Positions 1 to 8,315 of a stretch of 64,000 nucleotides of DNA are shown here, piece after piece; positions within the stretch are counted from its first letter, which is position 1, and the number at the start of each line of letters is the position of its first letter. A program made the translations under genes and the position numbers. The DNA comes from Syntrophobacter sp. SbD2 (GTDB taxonomy: Bacteria > Desulfobacterota > Binatia > UBA9968), in NCBI GenBank assembly GCA_945889495.1, contig CAMDBU010000004.1, forward strand, positions 5,176-69,175, in the 5' to 3' direction. The notes beneath the pieces were generated by a model that saw only the letters and a program-made list of their open reading frames with translations, did no database searches and was not told the DNA's origin.

Positions 1-276
1 ATTGAAATCGAAAACACCTTGATGGAACATCCGGCGGTGCTGGAGTCCGGCGTGGTCAGCGACGAGGACGCCGACGGCTTGCTCAAGCCGAAAGCCTTTA
101 TCCTTCTCAAGAGCGAGTACAAACCGAGCGACGCGCTCAAAGTCGAACTGCAAAATCACGTCAAGAGCAAACTGCAACCCTATAAATATCCGCGCTGGGT
201 CGAGTTCGTCGACGACCTACCCAAGACCGTCACCGGCAAGATTCAACGCTTCCGCCTGCGCGCCAACAAAAGCTAG
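1..276 (+). CDS. AMP-dependent acyl-CoA synthetase/ligase, C-terminal fragment (5' end outside window)
   Basis: Frame 1 is open from base 1. The product ends ...DDLPKTVTGKIQRFRLR, the C-terminal PKTxxGKI lysine motif of adenylate-forming ligases. Confidence 0.75.
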   Translation: MEIENTLMEHPAVLESGVVSDEDADGLLKPKAFILLKSEYKPSDALKVELQNHVKSKLQPYKYPRWVEFVDDLPKTVTGKIQRFRLRANKS

Positions 277-305
277 CACACGACGATTTCCGCCAAGGAG
301 TAAAA

Positions 306-1016
306 ATGGCCGCCAACATCAAAGAGCTCAAGGAAAAACTCGCCTACTCGTGTAACATCCTGGCCAACGAAGGCCATTGGGACAACATCCTCGGCCATGT
401 GTCGGTACGCGTGCCCGGGCAGAATAAAATCCTCATGAAGCCGCATAGCTTCGGCTTCGAGGAAATCCGCCCGCAGCATATCATCGTCGTCGACATCGAG
501 ACCGGCAAGAAGACCGACGGCAAGTTTGAGCGCCACTCGGAAGTCTTTATTCACACCGAGATCATGAAGGCGCGCAAGGACGTCAATTGCGTGGTCCATT
601 CCCATCCGCCCTACGCCACCGCCTTCGGCGCGCTCGGGCAAAAGCTCCGGCCGATCAGCCATGAAGGTAATATCTTCTACGAAGGGCTGCCGACCTTCGA
701 TTACACCACCGCGCTGATTCGCACGCCGGAATTGGGCGTCGAGGTCGCCAAGAGTCTCGGCAGCTGCCGCGGCGTGCTGATGAAAAACCACGGCTCGACG
801 GTAGTCGGCCCGACTATCGAAGTGGCGACGCTTTATGCAGTCTTCCTCGAAAAAGCCGCGCGCATCCAACTGATGGCCACCGCGTCGGGCGATCCGTCCT
901 GGACCAGCGACGCCGAAGCCTCGGTCAAGTACGAGCAGATCTACACGCCGCACCGCTTGGACTCCATGTGGGATTACTTCGTCCGGCGGGCTAAGAAGTT
1001 TCGCAAGTCGAGTTAG
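306..1016 (+). CDS. class II aldolase/adducin family protein
   Basis: 236 aa with family-typical length. It has an HSHPPYATAF His-cluster and a GHVSVR N-terminal segment. Confidence 0.8.
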   Translation: MAANIKELKEKLAYSCNILANEGHWDNILGHVSVRVPGQNKILMKPHSFGFEEIRPQHIIVVDIETGKKTDGKFERHSEVFIHTEIMKARKDVNCVVHSHPPYATAFGALGQKLRPISHEGNIFYEGLPTFDYTTALIRTPELGVEVAKSLGSCRGVLMKNHGSTVVGPTIEVATLYAVFLEKAARIQLMATASGDPSWTSDAEASVKYEQIYTPHRLDSMWDYFVRRAKKFRKSS

Positions 1017-1028
1017 TTTTTTCTTCGC

Positions 1029-1115
1029 AATCAAAAAGACGAGATCCTTCACTTCGTTCAGGATGACAGTCAGAACCCTGTCACTCTGAGCGCAGCGAAG
1101 AGTCTCGTCTTGATT
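1029..1115. repeat. REP-like long imperfect palindrome between convergent genes
   Basis: Left arm is AATCAAAAAGACGAGATCCTTCACTTCGTTCAGGATGAC (1029-1067). Right arm is GTCACTCTGAGCGCAGCGAAGAGTCTCGTCTTGATT (1080-1115). The arms are largely complementary around a 12-nt loop. Confidence 0.6.
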
Positions 1116-1136
1116 CCGCGTTCCGCCGCAGTTCGC

Positions 1137-2120
1137 TTACTTGCTGCCAGCCGTCTTAAAAAATCCCTGCTTATCCAACTCAGCGACGAAGCGCATGTCC
1201 ATAAAGTCATCGGGCTTGGCGTTCTTCGCCGCCGGATCGCTGGCGGCGACATCGGCGATGACGTTCTCCATCGCTTTTTGTGTCACGTAGGGCGGGTAGG
1301 CTAGATACTCGCGGAACTGGTTGTAGGCGTCGTCCAAAATGTCTTGGTCTTTGACGCGCAGATATTTTTGCATCATGCGCTGCGCCGCCGCCTTATTGGT
1401 CTTAAAAATCTGCACCCCTTCGGCGTAGGAGCGCACCACCCGGCGCACGGTGTCCTCATTGGACTTGATATAGCTTCGACTGGTGCCGACCGCCACCGAG
1501 ACAAACTCCGGTCCTTCCTTGGCTAGGTTCATCAGTTCGTTCAAGCCCGCTTTGCGCGCCCGGCTGTTGGTTGGCGGCGAAACCACGCCGGCGTCGACCT
1601 GGCCCGCGAGTAGCGCGGTTAGAATGTTGGGCACTTCCACCAGCGGCAGAATCTGATAGTCGCTCTGTTTCAACCCAGCGCTGTTCAAAGCGAACAATGC
1701 CGAGGTGTGGGTCGACGAACCGATTCTGGTGATGCCGATCTTTTTGCCGCGCAGGTCAGCGATTCGCTTGATCTCCGGTTTCGCCATCAACGAGAACACC
1801 TGCTTGTTGGTCGCGCCGGCGACAAAAGCGATATTGCCGCCCTTGAGATTGGCCTGCACCTGGTTCGCGCCGTCCATGTAGGACAGAGCGATCTCGCCGG
1901 CGAGGATCGCCTGGATGCCGCGCGAGCTGGAGGAAATATGCAGCAGCTCGACGTCCAAGCCGTTCTTTTTGAAAATCCCTTCCTGCTGCGCCATGAACAT
2001 GCCGCTTTGGGCGCCGGTTACCGCGGTCCAGTTGATCCGCACCGGGATCTGCGCGCCGACCTGAACCGGTAGAATCAAACAACCAATCGCCAAAACAAGC
2101 GTCAACAACTTCGTCAGCAT
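1137..2120 (-). CDS. ABC transporter substrate-binding protein, NMT1/THI5 (SsuA/TauA-like) family
   Basis: Start chosen at MLTKLLTLVLAIG (signal peptide), preceded by a GGAG SD. The longer ORF to 2174 lacks an SD. The periplasmic-binding-protein pattern ...LRGKKIGITRIGSSTH... is present. Confidence 0.75.
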   Translation of the reverse strand: MLTKLLTLVLAIGCLILPVQVGAQIPVRINWTAVTGAQSGMFMAQQEGIFKKNGLDVELLHISSSSRGIQAILAGEIALSYMDGANQVQANLKGGNIAFVAGATNKQVFSLMAKPEIKRIADLRGKKIGITRIGSSTHTSALFALNSAGLKQSDYQILPLVEVPNILTALLAGQVDAGVVSPPTNSRARKAGLNELMNLAKEGPEFVSVAVGTSRSYIKSNEDTVRRVVRSYAEGVQIFKTNKAAAQRMMQKYLRVKDQDILDDAYNQFREYLAYPPYVTQKAMENVIADVAASDPAAKNAKPDDFMDMRFVAELDKQGFFKTAGSK

Positions 2121-2227
2121 CGCGACTCCTTTGGTAAAACCACCGAGCAAAGTGCCATCAAGGTAGCAATTCAACCTGCTAATTCAACCGTTTGGCATGA
2201 CCGGAAAAGCATGTTAGAAAACCGCCC

Positions 2228-3193
2228 ATGAGTAAAAAAGTGCATCTGACGTTGGCCACCGGCGATTACGAAAGCGTGCGGGCGCTCAAAGACGGCACGG
2301 TAAAACCAGACGGCATCGAACTGACCGTGCTCACCGACATGAACTCGGACAGCCGCCACTGGCGCATGCTGCGCAACCGCGAGTTCGACTGCGCTGAGCT
2401 ATCGATGTCGAACTATTTAATGGCCAAGTACACCAATCTGCCTTTTACCGCGATTCCAGTATTTCTCCATCGCCGCTTTCGCCATGGCTTCATTTTTCTC
2501 AACGCCAGCAAGGGAATAAAGAAACCGAGCGATTTGATCGGCCGCAAAGTCGGCCTGCGCAATTTCCAAGCGACGGCCAATCTATGGATCCGCGGCATCC
2601 TCGAACATGAACATGGCCTACCACACCGCAGTATCAACTGGTTCAAGCAAGACGACGAAGAAGTCGACTGGACGCCGCCGGCGGATTTGAAGATTCAGCG
2701 TATCCCGGCGGGCAAGAGCATCGACAAAATGCTGGTCGATGGCGAGATCGATGCTTTGATCCATCCTGAATTAATCCAGCCGATCCTCGACAAAGACCCG
2801 CGGGTGACGCGGCTGTTTCCCAACTATCGCGACTTGGAGATCGACTACTTCAAGCGCACGGAGATTTTCCCTATCATGCACGCCACCGCGATCAAGCAGG
2901 AGATCGTCGACAAATACCCCTGGGTGCCGCTCAATTTATACCAAGCGCTAGAAGCTTCGAAGAAAGCCGCTTACAAGCGCATGGAAAATCCGCGTATCGT
3001 GCCGCTCGCCTGGTTCCGCTCGTTCTTGGAGGAACAGGAAGAACTGCTCGGCGCCGATCCCTGGGTCTACGGTTTGGGCGAGATCAATCGCAAAGCGCTG
3101 GAAACCCTGATGCAGTATTCCCAAGAGCAGGGACTGATCGGCCGCAAGATGGGCCTGGACGAACTGTTCATCACCACCGAGGCGCACTCTTAG
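2228..3193 (+). CDS. 4,5-dihydroxyphthalate decarboxylase (PhtD)-like protein, periplasmic-binding-protein-like fold
   Basis: 321 aa. The N-terminus LTLATGDYESVRALKDGTVKPDGIEL...EFDCAELSMSNYL...IPVFLHRRFRHGFIF matches my memory of the PhtD family pattern. Confidence 0.5.
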   Translation: MSKKVHLTLATGDYESVRALKDGTVKPDGIELTVLTDMNSDSRHWRMLRNREFDCAELSMSNYLMAKYTNLPFTAIPVFLHRRFRHGFIFLNASKGIKKPSDLIGRKVGLRNFQATANLWIRGILEHEHGLPHRSINWFKQDDEEVDWTPPADLKIQRIPAGKSIDKMLVDGEIDALIHPELIQPILDKDPRVTRLFPNYRDLEIDYFKRTEIFPIMHATAIKQEIVDKYPWVPLNLYQALEASKKAAYKRMENPRIVPLAWFRSFLEEQEELLGADPWVYGLGEINRKALETLMQYSQEQGLIGRKMGLDELFITTEAHS

Positions 3194-3195
3194 TT

Positions 3196-3903
3196 ATGGA
3201 AGTAGCGATTGTCGCCGGCGTTGGACCGGGAACCGGAGCTGCACTGGCCCGGGCCTTCGCCAGAGAAGGCTACGCGGTTGGCTTGCTGTCGCGCCATGCC
3301 GAATCGAGCGAGCCGGTGGCAGCGGAAATTCACGCCACCGGAGGCAAGTCTTTGTTCGTTGCCACCGATGTCACCAACCGCCAAAGCGTCAACGACGCGG
3401 TGGCGAAAATTCGCGCCCAATTGGGCGCCGTAACCGCCGTCGCCCACAACGCCAGCGGCTACGGCCGGGCAAGTTTCTTGGAAATGGATCCGGAGCAGGT
3501 GCGCCAATCCTTTGAAGCCAACGTCATGGGCGCGGTGTTTCTCACCCAAGCGGCAATTCCCGACATGATCAAAGCCGGCCATGGTTTCATCGCGCTAACT
3601 GGCGCCACCGCGGCGCTGCGCGGCCGGGCTGGCTTCGCGCCTTTGGCGATCGGCAAGGCTGGCCTGCGCATGCTCGGACAATCTTTAGCGCGTGAGTTTC
3701 ATCCCCAAGGCATCCATGTGGTTCACGTCATCGTCGACGGTCAAATCGACACGCCCAAGCTGCGCGCCAGGGAACCCAATCGCAGCAGTGAATCGGTCAT
3801 TCCTCCCGACGCCATCGCCGACGCGGTGATCGCTTGTTTGAAACAGCCGCGCAACGCTTGGTCGCAAGAAATCGACATTCGTCCCGCCGTTGAGACATTT
3901 TAG
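3196..3903 (+). CDS. short-chain dehydrogenase/reductase (SDR) family oxidoreductase
   Basis: 235 aa. It has an N-terminal Gly-rich dinucleotide motif VAGVGPGTGAALARAF and SDR-typical length and layout. Confidence 0.8.
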   Translation: MEVAIVAGVGPGTGAALARAFAREGYAVGLLSRHAESSEPVAAEIHATGGKSLFVATDVTNRQSVNDAVAKIRAQLGAVTAVAHNASGYGRASFLEMDPEQVRQSFEANVMGAVFLTQAAIPDMIKAGHGFIALTGATAALRGRAGFAPLAIGKAGLRMLGQSLAREFHPQGIHVVHVIVDGQIDTPKLRAREPNRSSESVIPPDAIADAVIACLKQPRNAWSQEIDIRPAVETF

Positions 3904-4009
3904 CTCTCGGTTATTTACGTTTGATCTTGCGCCGCTATTGGCGTAGATTTTTCGCACTTAACGATTGCGCCAGGATTTGTTTGGCAACCGATCCGGCGGA
4001 GGAGGGCAT

Positions 4010-4372
4010 ATGTTCGGCAAAGGCGTATTTCAAGAAGAAGAAAATATTCTGCGCGAGATCATCCGCAGCGTCGATAAAAAAATCGATTATTCCGCGCGCG
4101 AAGGCGAAGGTACCAAATTCATCGTTCATCTCAAACTCAAAAACCATGAAGGCGACGTCATGCTCGACCTCGCCGATCTAAAAGCCGCCAAGCAAGACCA
4201 AATCCGCCGCCATCAGATCCGCCAAAAAATCAAAGCACGCTGCGATCATCTCGACCCATCGCGCTACGGCGACGACATTCTCGGCCTGCGCTCGGCGCGC
4301 ATTTTGAAATCATCGCCAAAGCTCGAACCGATGGCCCAGCGCGGTTTTAACCGCAGCGGTCCACGGCGCTAG
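4010..4372 (+). CDS. hypothetical protein
   Basis: Start moved to the ATG at 4010, preceded by a GGAGGAGG SD. The product is charged and lysine/arginine-rich with no recognisable motif. Confidence 0.4.
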   Translation: MFGKGVFQEEENILREIIRSVDKKIDYSAREGEGTKFIVHLKLKNHEGDVMLDLADLKAAKQDQIRRHQIRQKIKARCDHLDPSRYGDDILGLRSARILKSSPKLEPMAQRGFNRSGPRR

Positions 4373-4398
4373 TGAAATCCTCGCTGGAGCGGTAAGCC

Positions 4399-5262
4399 AT
4401 GACCAAAGCGGCATTGATTCGCCAAGCATTGGCCCAACATGGCCAGTTGATCATGCCCGGAGTATACGACGCTCTGAGCGCCAAGATCGCCGCCCGCGCC
4501 GGCTTCGAAGTCACGTTTATCACCGGTTACAGTTTATCGGCGACTTTGCTCGGGGAGCCTGACTTCGGTCTGTTGACCCAGACCGAAGTGGTCGGCGCGG
4601 CGCAAAGAATCTGCTCGGTAATCGATATTCCAGTGATCGTCGACGCCGACACCGGTTATGGCAACGCCATCAACGTCATCCGCACGGTGCAGGATCTGAT
4701 CCGCGCCGGCGCTGGCGGCATGTTCTTGGAAGACCAAGTCTGGCCCAAACGCTGCGGCCACATGCGCGGCAAGCAGGTTATTCCGCTAGAAGAACAGCTG
4801 AGTAAACTGCGCGCCGCGGTGGAAGCCAAGGGGCAAGAAGATTTTTTCATCGTCGCCCGCACCGACTCGCGCCAATCCCTTGGTTTGGACGAAGCAATGA
4901 AGCGCGGTATCGCATTCAAGAACGCTGGCGCCGACGCGGTATTCATCGAAGCACCGGAAACTAAAGAAGAAATGCGCGAGATCGCCAAACATGTCAAAGG
5001 CCATCTGGTGGCGAACATGTTGGAACGTGGGGTCACGCCATTGATGGGACCGGAAGAACTGAAAGAACTGGGATTCGACCTAGTGGTCTGGCCTTTGGCG
5101 CCGCTCTATTCAGTGGCAAAGTCCCTGACCGATGTCTACACCACACTGCGCAAGGAAGGTTCGACATTGTCGATCCTCGACCGCTTGATGCCCTTCGATG
5201 AGTTTAACGGCATCGTCGGCTTGAATGAAAAGTATCAGCTCGACGCCAAATTCAAAACCTAA
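4399..5262 (+). CDS. isocitrate lyase/PEP mutase family protein (2-methylisocitrate lyase or carboxyvinyl-carboxyphosphonate phosphorylmutase-like)
   Basis: 287 aa. It carries the family signature EDQVWPKRCGHMRGK and the DADTGYG metal-binding segment. Confidence 0.8.
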   Translation: MTKAALIRQALAQHGQLIMPGVYDALSAKIAARAGFEVTFITGYSLSATLLGEPDFGLLTQTEVVGAAQRICSVIDIPVIVDADTGYGNAINVIRTVQDLIRAGAGGMFLEDQVWPKRCGHMRGKQVIPLEEQLSKLRAAVEAKGQEDFFIVARTDSRQSLGLDEAMKRGIAFKNAGADAVFIEAPETKEEMREIAKHVKGHLVANMLERGVTPLMGPEELKELGFDLVVWPLAPLYSVAKSLTDVYTTLRKEGSTLSILDRLMPFDEFNGIVGLNEKYQLDAKFKT

Positions 5263-6365
5263 ATCCGCATTGGCATTAGCACGTAAAGATAGCCATCTAC
5301 GCCAGCCTTGCGGATAACGCTGGGGCTGAGCTCATCTTTCAACTGAAACTCGATCTCGCCATCGCCACTCAATACCGCTAAAACATCTAGTAAGTAACGG
5401 GCGTTGAAGCCGATGGCGATGGTCTTGCCTTTATATTCGGCGTCGACTTCCTCCACCGCTTCACCGAGGTCTGGGTTATTCGCCGAAATCGACAGCTTGC
5501 CGTTGGCAAACTCCATCTTGATGCCTTTGTAGCGTTCGCTGGACAGGATCGATACCCGGCGCAGCGCGCGCAATAACTCTTCATGGTCGAGCTTGGCGAT
5601 GTTCGGGTTGCCGACCGGGATGACTTTGGTGTAATCGGGAAAATCGCCGTCGATCAAACGCATGAACAGCTCGACCTTATCCTTGGCGACCAGCCCCATG
5701 TTTTCTTTGAAGCCCAAGGAAACCGCGCCATCTTCGCCGCTGTCCAAGAGTTTTTTCAGCTCCGACAACCCCTTGCGAGGTAAAATCACGCCTTTGGTCA
5801 GCCCCAGCTGGCCAACTTCTTTTTCTTCAAATGCCAAGCGGTGACCATCGGTGGCGACCATGCGCACGTTATTGCCTTCGCTTTGCTCGATGTAAACTCC
5901 GTTCAAGCTATAGCGCGTTTCATCCGTAGATACGGAGAAGATCGTCCGCTCAATCATTTCGCGCACCGTGGAAGCCGGAGTGGTGGTTAAACCGCTGCTA
6001 TCGAATTGTGGAAACTGGGGAAATTCCTTAGCGTCCATGCCAAAGATTTTAAACACTGACTTGCCGCTACGAATCTCGACCCAATCATTGTCCAAACGTT
6101 TCAATTGGATCTGGTCGTTGGGTACTTCGCGAACTATTTCGTAGAGCTTTTTGGCATTGACCGTGATGCTGCCTTCTTTGATGACATCGCCGTCGACACC
6201 GCCGCGCACCCCAACTTCAAGATCGGTAGCGGTAACGCGTATGCCGCTCTTTTGCGCTTCGATCATAACATTAGCGAGGATCGGCATGGTGTTGCGTCGC
6301 TCGACAATGCTCTGAGTCCAATAAAGCGTTGCGAGAAGATCTCCCCGCTTGGCTTTAATTTCCAT
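5259..6365 (-). CDS. dnaN: DNA polymerase III beta sliding clamp
   Basis: 368 aa, located immediately downstream of dnaA. It has a typical three-domain clamp sequence (ILANVMIEA..., ...LMPMRI C-terminus). Confidence 0.95.
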   Translation of the reverse strand: MEIKAKRGDLLATLYWTQSIVERRNTMPILANVMIEAQKSGIRVTATDLEVGVRGGVDGDVIKEGSITVNAKKLYEIVREVPNDQIQLKRLDNDWVEIRSGKSVFKIFGMDAKEFPQFPQFDSSGLTTTPASTVREMIERTIFSVSTDETRYSLNGVYIEQSEGNNVRMVATDGHRLAFEEKEVGQLGLTKGVILPRKGLSELKKLLDSGEDGAVSLGFKENMGLVAKDKVELFMRLIDGDFPDYTKVIPVGNPNIAKLDHEELLRALRRVSILSSERYKGIKMEFANGKLSISANNPDLGEAVEEVDAEYKGKTIAIGFNARYLLDVLAVLSGDGEIEFQLKDELSPSVIRKAGVDGYLYVLMPMRI

Positions 6366-6605
6366 ACTTCCTCCCGGTGACTTCTACTGGCTTATATATA
6401 TATAAAATTAAGAAGTAATAGTAGGGGCTGTGGAAAATGTTAGTAAACGCGTTTAAACAGTTATTTCAGCGAGATAGCTTGTGGTTAACTAGGGCCGCCA
6501 ATGCCGCCAATGCACAGGTCAACGCGTTCCATCGCGAGTTATGCCCAGTCATCCACAGCACCGCCGGGGATAACCGCAGCTTATCCACAGCTACTTGTGG
6601 ATATT
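6366..6605. other. candidate oriC core: AT-rich tract, DnaA-trio-like tract and a cluster of DnaA-box-like 9-mers
   Basis: AT-rich CTTATATATATATAAAATT at 6391-6409. AAG AAG TAA TAG TAG at 6410-6424, followed by GGGC. Boxes: TGTGGAAAA 6429-6437, TGTGGTTAA 6480-6488, TCATCCACA 6549-6557, TTATCCACA 6581-6589, TGTGGATAT 6597-6605. Confidence 0.6.
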
Positions 6606-7925
6606 GAGATTGCGCTCGATGGTCGCGATGGTGGCTTGCATGTTGGGATCGTCTTTGATGCGTCGCTCGATGGTCTTTGAAGCGTGAATCACCGTGGAGT
6701 GATCGCGGCCGCCAAACTTATCACCGATCCCTGGGAAAGAGGTCTGGGTATGCTTACGGCAGAGATACATCGCCACCTGGCGAGGAAAGGCGATATTTTG
6801 CGTGCGCCGTTTGGCTTTCAGGTCGCCGATCTTGAGGTTGTAATGATCGCAAATGGTTTTTTGGATGCTTTCGACGGTGATTTCCCGTTCGTAACTTTTT
6901 AGGTTGTTGCGTAGGACATCTTTGGCGAAGTCGATGGTGATAGTGGCTTTGGTCAAGGACGAAAATGCGCCCAAGCGGGTGAGCGAGCCTTCGAGCTCGC
7001 GCACATTAGAATTAATATTGGTGGCGAGAAAAACCGCCACATCAGTGGGCAACGGCACGCCTTCGAATTCCGCCTTTTTTTGCAAGATCGCCACTCGGGT
7101 TTCCATATCCGGTGGCTGGATATCGGCGATCAAGCCCCATTCGAAGCGATTTCGCAGGCGATCCTCGATGCCGGGAATGTCTTTGGGAAATTTATCGGAA
7201 GTAATGACGATTTGCTTATGCGACTCGTAGAGCGAATTGAAGGTGTGGAAGAATTCTTCTTGGGTGCGCTCTTTGCCGGCGATAAATTGGATATCGTCGA
7301 TGATCAGGATGTCGACATTACGGAATTTCTTTTTAAATTCGTCCATCTTATCCCGACGCAACGAACTGATCAGTTCGTTCATGAAGGATTCGGAGCTGAG
7401 ATAGACGATTTTCAAATTTGGCCGCTTCGCCGCCGCGTGATGACCGATGGCTTTGACCAAATGGGTTTTACCGAGACCGACGCCGCCATAGATAAACAGC
7501 GGGTTGTAGTGCTCGCCCGGCTGATTGGCCACGGCGACGCATGCGGCATGGGCGAACTGGTTGCTCGTGCCGATAACGAAGTTTTCAAAGGTGTATTTTT
7601 GAACCAGGTGATTGGGCCGGGATGGCCGTTCCAGCTCTTTGGCGTCTTTACGCGGCAACTTTTCCGGAGATTTTTCTTCGCTGCCGCTCGCTTCGACTTC
7701 GATGATTAACTTTATGTCATGCTTGGCGGTGCTAGCGAGGATCGACTCAAGGTCGGTCAAATAGTTTTGTCCGACCCAATCGCGAAAAAACTTGTTAGCG
7801 ACGGCGATAACTAGATCATTCTTGTTCCGCGCTACGAAGCGAATCGGTTTGATCCAGGTGTCGTAGTTCTGCTTACCAATCCGCTCTTTTATTTCCGCTT
7901 GAGCGTCAGCCCACAAATCAGCCAT
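6591..7925 (-). CDS. dnaA: chromosomal replication initiator protein DnaA
   Basis: Start chosen at MADLWADAQAEIKERIG (444 aa). It has the Walker A GGVGLGKTHL and the domain IV segment GGRDHSTVIHA. Confidence 0.95.
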   Translation of the reverse strand: MADLWADAQAEIKERIGKQNYDTWIKPIRFVARNKNDLVIAVANKFFRDWVGQNYLTDLESILASTAKHDIKLIIEVEASGSEEKSPEKLPRKDAKELERPSRPNHLVQKYTFENFVIGTSNQFAHAACVAVANQPGEHYNPLFIYGGVGLGKTHLVKAIGHHAAAKRPNLKIVYLSSESFMNELISSLRRDKMDEFKKKFRNVDILIIDDIQFIAGKERTQEEFFHTFNSLYESHKQIVITSDKFPKDIPGIEDRLRNRFEWGLIADIQPPDMETRVAILQKKAEFEGVPLPTDVAVFLATNINSNVRELEGSLTRLGAFSSLTKATITIDFAKDVLRNNLKSYEREITVESIQKTICDHYNLKIGDLKAKRRTQNIAFPRQVAMYLCRKHTQTSFPGIGDKFGGRDHSTVIHASKTIERRIKDDPNMQATIATIERNLNIHK

Positions 7926-7984
7926 AGGTACAGTCACTGCACGTAAGATTTTCTGCGCAAAACAAAAAATAGTTACAAACAACG

Positions 7985-8004
7985 TTATCCACAGCTGTGG
8001 ATAA
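7985..8004. promoter_or_regulatory. perfect inverted pair of consensus DnaA boxes upstream of dnaA
   Basis: TTATCCACAGCTGTGGATAA contains TTATCCACA at 7985-7993 and TGTGGATAA at 7996-8004. It lies 60-80 nt upstream of the dnaA start. Confidence 0.7.
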
Positions 8005-8315
8005 CTATAAGTTCGCCGAAAAATAGGTTGTTACAGGAGACGTTAGAAAAAAATTCGCCGCTGACATCTGAGTTGCGCAACCCTCGAAGGTCGTCAGCCG
8101 CGCCGCAACATTTCTGCATGCTGCTCCAGAAAGAGAATTTCTTTTTCTCGAACTGGCGGCGCGAGAAACTGAATAGCGATTGATTGTCATCGGGAAGGCA
8201 GTTTCATATTCCTTTTCAAAATTCATTGCAAGAAAAAAATTTAAGAAAAAATTTTTTCCAGCGATTCAACTAACTTGACGGAGGCGTGGCGCGATGTTAC
8301 CAACACTCACACAGG

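Noticed and set aside
8005-8226. The 73-aa minus-strand ORF in the dnaA/hemL divergent spacer.
   Set aside because: It has no SD and a low-complexity product. It lies in a region better explained as promoters and DnaA-binding DNA. I also looked for rpmH here and it is not present.
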